From Macrostomum lignano (taxonomy: Eukaryota), in contig NIVC01001359.1 of NCBI GenBank assembly GCA_002269645.1, forward strand, positions 14,624 to 78,623: DNA of 64,000 nt, given 5' to 3'. A program made the translations under genes and the position numbers. Of the stretch, positions 35,990 through 49,700 are shown piece after piece (the first letter of the stretch is position 1; each line of letters opens with the position of its first letter). The notes beneath the pieces were generated by a model. That model was not told the DNA's origin. It ran no database searches and was given only the letters and a program-made list of their open reading frames with translations.

Positions 35990-36368
35990 GACTATTGTGC
36001 GGAATAAAAATTCGGAATAGCGTGCGGAATAATATTCGGAATAATGTGCGGAATAACGTGCGGAATAAAATGCGGAATAACGTGCGGAATAAAATGCGGA
36101 ATAACGTGCGGAATAACATGCGGAATAAAATTCGGAATAGTGCGGAATAATATTCGGAATAATGTGCGGAATAACGTGCGGAATAACGTGCGGAATAACG
36201 TGCGGAATAACATGCGGAATAATATGCGTAATAACGTGCGGAATAAGATGCGGAATAACGTGCGGAATACCGTGCGGAACAACATGCGGACCATGCGGAA
36301 TAACTAGCGGAACGTGCGGAATAACGTGCGGAATAACATGCGGAATAACATGCGTAATAACGTGCGGT
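35990..36368. repeat. 12-bp tandem array CGTGCGGAATAA (inverted partner of 34910-35125)
   Basis: Read directly. Confidence 0.9.
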
Positions 36369-37840
36369 GTATGTTACACTCATAAAAATTGCGGACATTA
36401 ATCTTTTAAAACTCGTTAAGTTTAGTTAGGGCTCAAACAGCGTTTGTTTATGCAGAGAAAAAATTGTGTTCTTTTGTAAAAATATTTATAAGTAAAATTT
36501 TATTTTAACGATTGTCTACTTTATGCATTTTAATAAAATCTAGTAATAAAGGTTTTGTTTTAACTTACATTTACTGAACTCTTTACAAATTTTTAACAAA
36601 TATATTTTCGCTCCATTTTGAAGGCGCAAAACCAGATTCAATTTACTCTACAACCTCCTAAATTTGTGCTTAGAAGTGTGATTGTAAACCTATTCATATT
36701 GTTCATATTTCCAGCGTATATGGTCAAAATAAGTGCTTAATTCAGTTTTGTCCCAAAAAGTCTATGCAATTTGCGATTCATTTAAGTTACTCTCTTAAAA
36801 CTGTGATATAATAGGTGAGTCCATTTGCTTTGACCTGCTTTCGCTTAATTGTTAATACTGGTGTGTTTAAACTGTTAGATATATAAAAATTTTACTTATT
36901 GTCTATTGTTTATTTATCCTACACTAACCCTTCAATTATTTCGTTTAAAACCTCAGCCATAATGTCAAAGATAAGCAAGATAGGCCTAACTCTATAATTG
37001 TTAATTGATCATCACCCAGTGACCTAGGTTCATTTTTACTATTTAAATAAGGAAATACATAAAAACCTTGAGACCATAGCCTGTATTACTAAACAAAAAA
37101 CAATATATGACATATGGTTACAATGTTGTGTGTTTAATATTTTTTATTAATTTTATAATTATAAAATTATCATAATTAAGAGTAAGAAAACCTATGATGG
37201 CTATGAATCATTATATATTTCACTATTTTAAATGTATAATGCTCAACAGTTTAGGAGAGAGCCTACTAGATACTATCTTTATTATTATAATCTAACAATG
37301 CTTACTTTTTGATCAGTTTTTTCTATATTAGTATATAATTTGTATAGGCCTAAATTTAATTGATAAATAGGCATGAAGTAAAAATTTTAGCTTTATTCAA
37401 ATTATTTAACATAATTCATTATAATATGAATTATATATACTATATTATTTAATTTTATACCATAACTCAAAATTCAAATTCAATTCCATAATTCAAAATT
37501 TAATAACTCTGAATTTAATAGCCTTATTTTTATTTTATATTAAAGTTAACAATTAAAATCTTTTAAATGATTAATAAATATTTATACATTTCATAATAGG
37601 CTGTTTTGGTTATAGAAAATAATTTAAAGTAAACAATTTTATAGAGTTGATATATTGTCTTTGGTAGTTTATTTCATTTAATTAATTTAATGTGAAATAT
37701 TATCAAGAAACTAAGATGTTAATATTTTTTAGAGTTTTATAGAATTTTAATTTAACTAAACCTTGTTCAATATTTTTACCTATGTGAATGAAAATAATTA
37801 AGCAATTCTTACAAAATAAAATTTTCACAGGCCAAACATA

Positions 37841-40800
37841 ATGCGAACAAAAACTCAGCCAGGTGGCAGCAACAGTTGCAAGTCTTCATCTGGCGCCCCA
37901 TCTGAAGCTGGCGATGTCTCTGTCCCTGCCACAGCCTCCATGGCTACCTCTAGCACTGCTGCTACCTCGCCAACCCCAGTGAAGAAGTCAGATCGCCTGG
38001 CTAAAAAGCGACTCCTTGGCGGCCCCCTGACTGGTCTGGCCGCAGCTGCCATGGCCGCCATCTCCCGGCCAGCCAAGCGAGCTCGAACTTCAACAGCTGG
38101 CAGAGCTGCCAGTCCCAGTGTCAGCCAAGATCCCGCCGCAGAAGCGGCTGGCTTGTCCAACCAATCTACTAAGCCGTCAAAGCGCGGCCGACCGCCAAAT
38201 CCTGATAAAATTTCGCGGCCTGTCACCCAGCGACGGTCTGTGGGCCGACCGCCAACTAAAGCTCTGCAGGTGCCAATGAAGGTGATGCATCAATACGAGG
38301 AGCGCCAGCAGCAACTGAGGCGCAAAGCCGCCGCTTTAAAAGATCAGGCTAGTGATGAGCAGGCTCAGAAACAGGAGCAACAGGCTCCTCTGCTGCCATT
38401 GGCTGCTCAGCGTCGTAGCCTCGATACCAATGTTGTTGTTAGGCTTCGCAGGCTGAGCTCAAACGATGCCGAGGTTCTAGCAGCCGCCGCCGCTGCTAGG
38501 GACGCTATCTCTTCGTTACCAGGGAGACGGTCTACAGACACATTGGAGTGCAATAAGCAATTGAAACGGTTGGTTAAATTAAATTGTATTTTCATGTTAA
38601 TAGTCTTTCTTTGTGTGCTAGGGATGTTATTTGACTTACCTGTAATCTTGGTACATAAATTATTATGAAAGATAAAGTACAAGACAATCACGAACTGTTA
38701 GAACCAGCAGAATGATGGAAAGTTTAGAGTAGAAAGATTAATATACATAAGGTAAAACAGATAGGAAGCACATGAGAATGCGATTGAAGATGTAGGGGAT
38801 TAGCATCAATGAAATAGAAGATTTGAGATATGTATGATTTAGGATATGGGGGATCAGAAACTGGAGATTATAGATTTTGGGGTTCAGGGACGTACATGAT
38901 TTGAGATATTGGGGATCAGGGACCTACGGGATTTGGAATATTGGGAATCAGGGACACACGGGATTAAGGATATTGGGGATCAGGGACCTACGGGATTTGG
39001 AATATTGGGAATCAGGGACACACGGGATTAAGGATATTGGGGATCAGGGACCTACGGGATTTGGAATATTGGGGATCAGGGACACACGTGATTAAGGATA
39101 CTGGGTATCATGGAAATACGGGATTAAGGATATTGGAGATCAGGGACACACGGGATTAAGGATATTGGGGATCAGGGACACACGAGATTAATGATATTGG
39201 GGATCAGGGACACACGGGATTAAGGATATTGGGGATCAGGGACACACGGGATTAATGATATTGGGGATCAGGGACGTACAGCATTTGGGTATTGAAGATC
39301 AGAGGTGTCGAATAGTCATGTCCCCATGCCTGATCTCTATGTTCCTAATCCCCTATATTCTTATCTCCCGAATAAAAGAGACTAATGGTGCTCTCAAATT
39401 CACAGGCTGGTATCGTCACTGCGAGACGTGTGCCCAGCCGGCTACCGGGCCTGCTCCCTGATCGATCCTGGCGAAGTCAACGCCGAGGCCGAAGCAAAAG
39501 TAGCCGGCCTGGCCTGTCTTGGCCTGGTGCCATCTGAGGCTGGGCAGGCTATCCGGGAAGCTATCCAGGTTTGTTTCGCAGTTTCTGCGTTTTGAGTTAG
39601 CAGCCCCGCTGGATGTTAGATAGATCGTCTGAGTTTTACACTCTTTTTTTCAGAATTTCAGACAGATCTTGTCAGTTTGAAATAGACGCCAGATTTAGAT
39701 TGACCTCAATTTTAGAGAGACCCTGGTTTTAAGTTAGACCTCAGTTTTAGGTAGACCCACAGTTTTAGTTTTAGATAGACCCTCAGTTTTAGATAGACCC
39801 CATTTTTAGATTGACCTCAGGTTTAGATTGACCTCAGTTTTAGATAGACCCCATTTTTAGATTGACCTTAGTTTTAGATAGACCTTAGTTTTAGAGAGAC
39901 CCAGGTTTTTAGTTAGACCTCAGTTTTAGATAGATGTCCGTTTTAGTTGGATCAACCCAGTTTTAGATAGACCTCTCTATCGTAGACCTCAAAGCTTGAG
40001 TCTCCACCCACCCGCTATGCAGGGCCAGGCGCTCCGGCTGCAGCTTCACCGAGCCACATCGTCTCGCCAGCCAATGCGGCTCTGCCGTCACGTGCACAAG
40101 CGCAAGCCCGACCCCAACATCCTGGTGCTGCACAACGGCAAGTACATCTCCAAGGAGGAGGTCCGGCAGCAGAAGCAGGCTGCTCAAGTTGCTAACGCCG
40201 CAGCCGCCGCCGCCTCCTCCATGGAACAGCAGAAGCGTCGTCGCCTAGCAACCGGCCTAGCAACCGCTTCAAGTTCGAAAACAACAACGGGAGGTCGACG
40301 GCGTCACGCCGGGCAGGAGCATCGGCATCGACTGTGGCCGCTCTGCCGGCAGCCAAACCTTCGGGCGTCCAGCCAGCCGACTTTCAGCCTGCACCCGGGC
40401 TCCGCTAAGTTTGTCAAAATGCCGACGTGGCCAGCGACTCGCTTGGCGGAGTTCTGTCCGAGGACGACTTCGAAGAGGAATACGAGGAGGAGCTGCTGGA
40501 TGAAGAGCCGGACGATGGCGAGGACTCTGAAGGCGTTGCCAGTTCCGTTGAACCGGCTGGCACGGCCAAATCAACTGCTTCCAGCGGCTCGCAAGGATTC
40601 GAAGTGGCCGGTCTGGCTCAGGGTCAGACAGACGATCCTGCTAGCGAGAAGCAGAGTCTGCAACGACGAAAGCAGCAGACTCGACCGGAAGCACTGCAGA
40701 GCTCCGAAGATCGGCATCAGTCCATGATCAAGCGGGAGCCGCGGGTTGCCATTCGCCGATTCGGTAAGCGTCGTCAAGTCGGCACAGCGGCGGCGGCGGC

Positions 40801-43800
40801 GGCGGCTTCAAGGAAGAAGCAGGAAATCGAGAACGAAGACGATTCGGTGTCGTCTGCCTCGGGTCACGGCGGCATTCGCCGATCGAAGCGTAAAGTTGAT
40901 CTCAGATCGAAACTGCTGCAGTGGAACATGTTTAGCGAGGAGCGGAAGCAGCAGCAAAGAGACCAGGCGGCGATGCCCGGCGGCGCCAAGCCGAAGGTCA
41001 GCATCATGGACAGTGACAAGAAGCGGCACGCACCAGTCGGCGTTGAAACCCAATTGAACAAACTGTGGCAGCAATCAACCGGCGGCAATAAGAAGAAAAA
41101 GAAGCGCCTACAGAAGCAGCCAATGTCGCCGCTAAGCTTGCCGTGGTCCAGCACTGCCGCTGCTGATGGTGGCGGAGATGCCAAAGAGTTCCCTGACAAC
41201 AACAACTCGGCAACAGTTGACACCGGCATCAAGTCGGAGAATCAGCAAGCGGACAACAACGATCCGTCCACGGTGCCGAAATCGACATCGAGCGGCGCCG
41301 GCCGGCAGGAGCGGAAGCAGATTTTTGGCAGCGGCGTGACGCCCGCATTTCCACTGTCGCACAGCCTGACCAGGGAGCTGCAGGCGCTCACTAACGATCT
41401 GAGCTGCGACGTTGAAATTCAACGCTCAATGCCGTTCGACAAGTTCATTGTTAACGTTGTAGATTTGAGCCTGGGCGATTTAGAAACTTTGCAGGAACGT
41501 TTAGACGATTCGTCTTTTAAATTGCGCGCGGTGAAGCACAAACTGGTGAACAGTACAGGCCTGGTGTTCTGTGCCGTTCTTGTCCAGAGAAAGTCCAATG
41601 TTATTCGCAGCATTCGCAGGATGTTAGACAGCGCTGATAATTGGGAGAGCTCCAGCTCAAATGCTGAGGATGCCGAAGAGGAAACTGCCGAAGAGAAGGC
41701 CGCTATTGCTAATCTGTCTGCTTCTGTGTCTGCTAACGCTACTGCGACTGCCGCTTGCAGCAGCGCCGGCGTTGCCCAGTTCACCTCCGAGGAGGTCAAA
41801 GCTGCCATCAGCTATGTTCGAATCGAGAAAGCGGCGGCCGCTGCTGCCACCGGCGCCGCGTCAGCTAGTTCAACTGGAAGCGACGGCAACGCACCGGAAG
41901 CAGAAACGGAAGCCGCTGTTGCGATGCTACAACAGCAGGAACAGCAACAGCCTCCGCCGCCGCCTCCGCCCCCGCCGCCGCCTCCTCAGCCGCGCCAACC
42001 GACAGCATTTGAGCTGCTAAAGATGCAACGCCGTCAACAGCAGAGCCAGCATCAGAAGCATCAGCAGCCACATTCTCCATCGCTGTTGCCAACGCAGACT
42101 GTGCATCTACGTCACGGATCTGGTAGTCAGTCGGCTGTACCTGTCGGTGTACTCTCTGCTCAGCCGAATCAACAGGCCGCTGCTCCAGCACAACGGCATT
42201 GTCAGGTTCGACCAGCCTATCCTGGCATTGTGCTACGGCATCCTAGCGGGGCATCACTGAGCTCGCAGCCTTATCAACGGGTGCCTGTGGCCTCTCCTAA
42301 TCTGACTCGGCTGGCTCCTGTTAGCTCGGGCAACTCCCTGTTCCGGTCCATCCTACCAATGCAGCAGCCGCAGCAGCCCCCGCAGTTGTCTACAGCGTCT
42401 TCTACAACAGCAGCACCAGTTGCCACCGCAACCGCTGCGGCGTCAACTTCGACAACAATTCGAATGCCGGCACCGAATCGAGTGTTTAATGTACACGTCA
42501 GCGCGTCCAATCAGACCGAACAGCCGCGCCAAGGTCCTAAACGCAAATCTATGATTGTCTTACCGGAAGGCGACACTCTGTTTATCGAGGGCAATCATCC
42601 CAATCTTGAGTCGGTTATTAACAGCGTGCTGGAGTCTCGGCCGGCTTATCGTCAGTCCAGAGCCGACGCCGCTGCCACCGCTGTCGCCACCGCGCGACAC
42701 CAGCTGTCTCGTTGGCCAGTTCGACAAGTTCGAGCCAGCTGGAGTCCCCAGTAGCACCCACGCATCAGGTCCAGCAGGCGCCGTCGTCCGTCAGAATGGT
42801 GCAGCAGTTTCCCAAGACCACGGCTATTATAAGAATAGTTTTAAAACTATGCAACAGCAACAGCAGCAATTGCTTCTTCAAGGTGTGGCTGCATCGTCTG
42901 CTACTACTGCTACTCCAGCGTCTAGTAGTAGTTACACTGTCACTTCGGTTAAAATTCGCAATCCAAACTCGCGACCGACTAGTGGCGACAATGTGTCCAG
43001 CGTATTCGATAGCGCCTCAGTAGGTGCTCCATCTAGCAGCAGCGAACTGACTACTCAATCGCTGTGTCTGCTCAACCGTTTCGTGTCAGCTTCAAAGAGT
43101 ACATGAATGTGAAGCTGAAGATGGAGCAGCAGCGGCAGGATGAATTGGAGCAGACACGCGGTCGACTGATTGATCACCTTGGACGGGCCGGCGCGGCGGC
43201 CGTTGCGGCTCCAACAGTCGCTAGCATCGCGGCACCTGGCAATACAGCAGTAGTAGCAGCAGATGCGGCCAATACCAGTGTGTCTGCTTCAAGCGCTACA
43301 GCTGCTGCTGCTGCTGCTGCTGGCAACAAAAGAATCATGTTTCCTATAGTGTGTCGGTGCCCAAATGGGCTACTAGAGGTCAGCAGCAGCAACAGCAGGA
43401 AGTGTCAAATCAGGCATCTGCAACTCAGTCTCCTGTAGCTAACCATCCCGCAGTGGCTACTAGCAGTAGTGCTACCAGCATTAGTAGCAGTCCCGGTTCT
43501 GCGCCAACCTCCACTGCACCAATTGGTATTGTTCACGGTAAAGTGTCCGTTCTGCGAACTGCTGTCGCCTCCGCAGCAACTTCGGCTGGGACTGCTGCAA
43601 CTCCAACTGCATCGGTTGCTCCGCCAGTTCTAGTTCTGGCAGCCGCTCAGCGCACCACAGATCTGCAACGACAAGCGGCCGTGTTTCCCATGAGCTTGTT
43701 GAAGAAGAGTACAATTCTGCAGATGCCGCAGGGTGTCCTGTCGACTAATAGTAATACTACTACGGCTGCGGCTACTTCAAGTTCGACTTCGTCACCACCC

Positions 43801-43893
43801 GGTGGAGAAGCCGCCGCTAATACCGTTTCTGCTTCGACTGCTTCTTCAACTGTTTCCGCTGTTAGTAGAAGCTCTTCATCGCCAACGAAATGA
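37841..43893 (+). CDS. Uncharacterised large low-complexity protein (AT-hook-like RGRP motifs, acidic and Q/A/S-rich tracts, degenerate KH-like segment), interrupted by ~4 frameshifts
   Basis: Exons 37841-38568 (phase 2), 39406-39568 (phase 0), 40023-43893. KRGRPP and RSVGRPP in exon 1. The last exon needs frame changes near 40415, ~42700, ~43065 and ~43350 to stay open, so it is either assembly error or a pseudogene. Confidence 0.6.
38860..39290. repeat. Intronic minisatellite, ~32-bp unit GGATATTGGGGATCAGGGACACACGGGATTAA
   Basis: Intron 1 of the 37841 gene. Confidence 0.9.
39655..39975. repeat. Intronic degenerate ~17-18-bp repeat TTTTAGATAGACCTCAG
   Basis: Intron 2 of the 37841 gene. Confidence 0.85.
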
Positions 43894-45739
43894 TGCTGCA
43901 TGAACACTGTAAGCTATTTTATAGTTTGAGGCAAATAATGACCATACTGTTTTGCTTCAAAAAAGAGTTGCAAAAGTTAAGCAGACTTTGACAGGAGCTT
44001 ATTAACAATTAATGAATGCAATTGTCACCTTTGGTATTATTTAATTCTGTGTAAGTAGTCCATTGCAAGTAGTTCAAAACTAGAATAATCATTTGTTTAA
44101 CACAGTGAAAACACACATTTTACTGCAGCTGAATATACTGTTCTTGTTGTTATGGTGGTTTTGCTTTTTGTTAATTTGCTTGTCTAATATAAATGCCATT
44201 ATTTATTTTGTTGCTATAATTATTATTTTGTCAATTTGTCAATGCCTTTTTATTTTTAATATTATATAGGTGTGATTGGCGGTAAAGTATTATTATAGTA
44301 ACAATTATTAATTAATAGACTTGTTGTGCTTACTTCAATGTGTTTTGTTCTAAATTTCATAAATCTTGCCTCAAGTTGGGCTTTTCTTATTTTTTATGGT
44401 CAAAATTGCTCTCTGGTTGGCAATAATTTTGTTGCTATTAAATCACAATGAAAATCCCCATTAGTGAGTAGCTAGATACGCTTCGTGCAATCATTTTATA
44501 AACTTAGTTTAAAACGCTGTTTCTTTCATTTCTAAATGCTACCCACTGTAAGTCAATATTTTTTCATTCATTTGTTTCTGTTTGTTTTAAAATAAAATGA
44601 AAATAATTCTGTATCGAACACTTCAAAAATATTATATTCGTGCTTGCTTACTTACTAGTAGTAGTATTTGTCTTGTCTCAATTTTGCATGTCATTATTAA
44701 CTTATTAACTTATATTATATATTGTTTAACAACACAATGCACTACTTGCGGTACAGTAATATCTGTGCTGCAGTGTTCAAATGACTCGATTGTAATTTGG
44801 ATTCTCCATCCCGCAAAATGCTTTTCAGTTTTGTCTGTCTGTTTTGCCTTGGTTAATTTCAGTGTTTCAGGGGCCAAGCACCACAGCTCAGAGAGTGTGC
44901 GATTAGACAGTCAGGGCTGGGGTTGTGGAATGATGTCGCCCGAATTTTACAAACTCTTGCTTGAAATGCCCGAAATTGAAATCTCTGTTACTCCACCCAC
45001 ATAATGTACATGTATTCGTGTTGCATGTGCATGTGTCCCTCCAGTAAAAGCTATTACATGTAAGGGGATATGCCAATGCTTTTTGCCCCCTCCACCCCAC
45101 GTTGTGAACCGTTGTTTCAGGGCGTCGCCTGCTAAGACAATTTATTGAGATTTGCTTCAGGCAACAGACCCCTCCAATTCTCCGATTACGTCATATATTA
45201 CCTCTCATAGAAGCAGATATATGTATGTAGCAATTGAAACTGACTTTTTCGTTGCACATTATGTTATAGTATCATCCGATTCATACCCAAACAAACCTCT
45301 ACCTAAATTTGACACCATAACCCCTGAATTGTTTAGGTGTAGGCCGCCTACAGGTAGCCTGTATAGGTGTGTGTTATCAATGCAAAACTCGAGACTGAAT
45401 TGGGGCTTCATAAGAACCAAATTCCACAACACCAAAAATTACTGCATGTTCCTTGTTCTATTTAGTTTTCTATGATATGAAATTTGAAATAAATGTAATG
45501 TACATGTAGCTGTTTATAAATAGTCTGCATGTCGCGACTTATACAGTTCTCAGCGTTTGTAATTAATGTGCATCGTCCTTTCACGTGGCATTCATTCAGC
45601 GGCTTGCGTGCCTCTTCGCATTATTGAGTGGCTTCCGTTGTACGCGATGCGCGTCAAAAGACAGTGAACTAGCCCAGTCCAAAATTGTGTCTAATGTGTG
45701 TCCTGGATACCCCGTCTTGCAGCCTACAAGGCAGTACAG

Positions 45740-46200
45740 TGTTGACGGTAATCCTGAATCTGTCACCGAACTTTCCGCTCAGTTGCATGTCGTGCTCCAA
45801 AGCAACGCCCTGTCGGACCAGTTGAAGACCCGACTGTTCCAGGCAAGCGGTGCTCCTCTACAACGCCGAGACATGGACCAAACGGATGGAGGTCCTGGAG
45901 CGAAAACTGGACGCGGTGCACTCCAGCCTGCTACGCGCTACCTTCAACATCCACCGTCACGCCGAGCACGTCACCAACCAGGCCCTCTGTCAACGGGCCA
46001 AGCTGGGCCCTCCCAGCATGACCCTGCGACAGCGACGCCTGAAGCTGGCGGGTCGCGTCATCCGTGCCGCGTCAACTGCCCAGAACTCCTTCCGGCGGGG
46101 CAGGCCCGGACCCGGAGGTTCGTCGACTGTGTTGACGGAAGGTGCCAAGTCGCCTGATCAGGCCAACGGTGTTGCCTTTATTAGAGACTGTGCGACTAAG
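45740..46200 (+). mobile_element. 5'-truncated non-LTR retrotransposon fragment (RTE/L2-like, post-RT C-terminus)
   Basis: LSDQLKTRLF, then after a frameshift VLLYNAETWT...ERKLDAVHSSLLRATFNI...VTNQAL...LRQRRLKLAGRVIRA, matching the LLYGxETW...RRLRWAGHVxR tail of these LINEs. Confidence 0.8.
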
Positions 46201-46349
46201 CCTGTTTTTTTGACATTGTCCCCCCTTTTCCTGACCACTTTGTGGTCGGAGGACCTTGTATCTATTGTATTGTATTGTCACCGAACTAGCTGCAGCCTCC
46301 AGCTTCATGCTTCCGGAAAAACTGTAGCTCAATGGAATTTAGCCTGATA

Positions 46350-46558
46350 CATGTACTCAACAACACTGAAAAGTCGCCATCACAGAAGATTCCGTCAGTG
46401 GTCGCCACTTTTGAGTGCAGGTAAAGTCTCTCAATCTTTGCGAGTGACGCAACTTGCAGCTACGCCGCGGAAGACTTGAGTTGAGGAATGAAGTGGGGCC
46501 AAGAGATATTGCTCACTGGCGCATCGAGTGGCGACTTTTCAATGTGGCTGAGTATACG
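46350..46558. mobile_element. MITE with ~30-bp imperfect TIRs (Tc1/mariner type, TA flanks)
   Basis: CATGTACTCAACAACACTGAAAAGTCGCCA versus the reverse complement of the right end CGTATACTCAGCCACATTGAAAAGTCGCCA (25/30); TA at 46348-49 and 46559-60. Confidence 0.7.
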
Positions 46559-46761
46559 TAGCTCGTACTTTAATCATGCTTACGGGCGTATCTATTGATA
46601 AAACTTATCCAGCCGATTGTCTGCCTTAGACTTAGAGTTCTCAGCCATAGACAATTGATGATCTTAATATTCCCCAATCGAGAACTTAATAACGTGTATA
46701 AGCTGTCATTGCACTGGCATTAAATAGGTTAGATTACATCAGACTGATTCACAAAAGAAGA

Positions 46762-49700
46762 ATGACCAGCAAAGGTCCGAAGCACCGCCAGAAGCAGCAG
46801 CAGCAACAGGACCGCGTACTCCGGGCCTCGTTCCTCATACCGGCCTATCAGAAAACTTTGCCTCAGGCATTGTTTAGCGACTTGCCAGACGATCATCGAC
46901 TGCGCAAAATCGAGTCAACCTGCGGCTGCAAAATCAGCTGGGGCAAGCTGCCGGACAGGCTGGCCGAGAAGTACCGTCTGCTGCAGTTGGCATTCGATCA
47001 GCGCGAGAGGCGCGGAAACTATTTGGGCGCGTTGAACCTGCTGAGACTGTACTTTCTGGGACAGATGGCGATGATGCCGTTTCAGCAGACCCTGATTAGA
47101 CCAGATGGGAAGCAGGTGAGAGAACTTTCTCGGAATTAAAAAAAAATGGTAGTATCTGAAGAAGGCTGTGGGGGGGGGGCACCCTAGCGCAGCGCCTTTG
47201 ACGCCATTGTCCCACGCAGACATGTATTAATATTGAAATCAAGTACATTACGAGCGTATAATCTTACTTCATAAAATGTCAACAAATTGTTCCCTAAATT
47301 AATAGTCCAGAAAATACGCACACTCACACACAATCCTTCATTACAAAGACAAGCTCATTACCGGACACTGCCAAACCTTATTGACATTCGGTCCTACCTT
47401 TCCGACACACGGCCTTACCGACACACGGTCCTACCTTTCCGACACACGGTCCTACCTTTCCGACACACGGTCCTACCTTTCCGACACACGGTCCTACCTT
47501 ACCGACACACGGTCCTACCTTTCCGACACACGGTCCTACCTTTCCGACACACGGTCCTACCTTTCCGACACACGGTCCTACCTTACCGACACACGGTCTA
47601 CCTTCCGACACACGGTCCTACCTTACCGACACACGGTCCTACCTTTCCGACACACGGTCCTACCTTACCGACACACGGTCCTACCTTACCGACACACGGT
47701 CCTACCTTTCCGACACACGGTCTTACCTTACCGACACAGTCCTACCTTACCGACACACGGTCCTACCTTTCTGACACACGGTCTACCTTACCGACACACG
47801 GTCCTACCTTTCCGACACACGGTCACCTTTCCGACACACGGTCCTACCTTTCCGACACACGGTCCTACCTTTCCGACTACCTTACGGTCCTACCTTTCCG
47901 ACACACGGTCTTACCTTACCGACACACGGTCCTACCTTACCGACACACGGTCCTACCTTTCCGACACACGGTCCTACCTTACCGACACACGGTCCTACCT
48001 TACCGACACACGGTCCTACCTTACCGACCCATGGTCCTACCTTACACACTTACCACTTCTATCAACCCCGTCTTTTGCCGCAGGTTACGCGAAAATTCCC
48101 AACCTCGGTTGACGACTGTCGCTTGTTGATGCCGCGTCGATTCGATCGATTCGGACGCGATGCAAACGGCATTGTTGCCAATTTGGCGAAAGCTGCCGCA
48201 GCGGCGACGGCGGCGAGAGACTCGGAGTGTCGTCAGCTGGCCGAACAAGTCATCGACAGCTGCCTGCGCTGCTTGGCGATGCAGGCGGCTTTTGTCGAAT
48301 CCGAGGCGGCTGCCAACGACGAGGCCACCGCGCGACGAGCCGAAGCGGCCGGTGTCTCGGCGGCCCACCTGGTCAGCGCCGTTGACACGCTGGCACATTG
48401 CGAGATCAGCCGCGCCTGCGTCTGCGCTCTTGTTGAAGCTGGCGAAGCCACTCGGCTGTTGGCCCGTCTGCACACGTCACTGCAGCCGGCAGCGCCGCCG
48501 CCCCTTCATCAATCGTCTGTTTCGCCGTCCCGTCGCCGTATCGACTTCAACTTGTCGACGCAGACTTCAAAATCGTCCAGCACAGATGCTAAAAAGCGGC
48601 CGAGCACTAGAAAAGCTGAAGCGTCCGCTACGACCCGGTTTCGTCCTGGAAACAAGCAGCAGCTGCAGAAGCAACAGCAGCAGCAACAGCTGCAGCGTCA
48701 GAAGCAGCGAACGGTTACAGCAACAACTACAGCTCAACAGGCGAATAACCACCATAAGCCCTACGCAGACAGAGTAAAGCGCGCCCAGTGCCAGTCTCCG
48801 CCTCATCAGCCAGTTCAAGCTTCTAGTCCATACCAGAACCTGCAGCATCGCGCCCAGCTGCAGAAGCAGCAAGCTGCCCAACACCTTGAGGAATCGTGCG
48901 ACACCACCCTGGCCGACGTTGAGGCCATCACCTTTGCCGAGTCCGAGTACGTCAACGCGGCCACAGCCGGGGCCAAGAAGTCTCCCAACTCCGCAGTTGC
49001 TTCAACAAAGTTGCCAACAGCCTCGAAGGCCAGTTTGCCAGAGACTCTCCTGCTGTGCGGCCTGCAGCCGAGAGCCGCCCTGGCTCTGGCCGCGTTGGAC
49101 CGCTCAGACAGACGTCTGAAAGCGATGGAGCAACGCACCGGCTGTCGGTTGGAACTTCGCGAGCGTCGGTGCAGCACAATGCCAGCGACTGAAACTGACA
49201 CGCCCGTTGGCGACGTCACTCACCAAGTCAGCTATGCTCTGAAGGTGGTGCCGCTTCGATCGGACTCTAAGCCGCGCGGTTGCGCCAACATGCTTCGATC
49301 TCTGCTCCGACGCGTCGACCCGTCCGGTCGGTATTTTTTCTGCGTTGTCGGCGCCTCGGAGATGCCGATAGTGGCGGCTTCGTCAGCCAATTCCAGGAGA
49401 CATCAGCAAAGTCGCACAGTGTCCAGGCAGCGATATCAGCAGTCAACTGCGACAGCGGCTCGGTCAAAATCGGCCTTCAGAACGGAACTGGAGCAGACAG
49501 GCCGTCAAGCAACTCACAGCAGCACCAGCAGTTTCAGAGGCGTCGCTGTCAGTCGCAGCCGCCGGTTCAGTGCCAATCATCCGCAGTGATGCCGGCAGCG
49601 GTTGCCGCCTGCGCTCAAAGCCTGACGGATCGCTGCGCCACCGACTGCCTGCTTGGAATTGTGACGTCATATATGGCGGTTGTCTTCGACGAAGAGACGG

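Noticed and set aside
40409-40434. 26-nt GT...AG 'intron' that would fix the first frameshift of the 37841 gene
   Set aside because: Much shorter than any other intron here (minimum 47 nt); a one-base homopolymer indel explains it, and other frameshifts nearby have no such intron.
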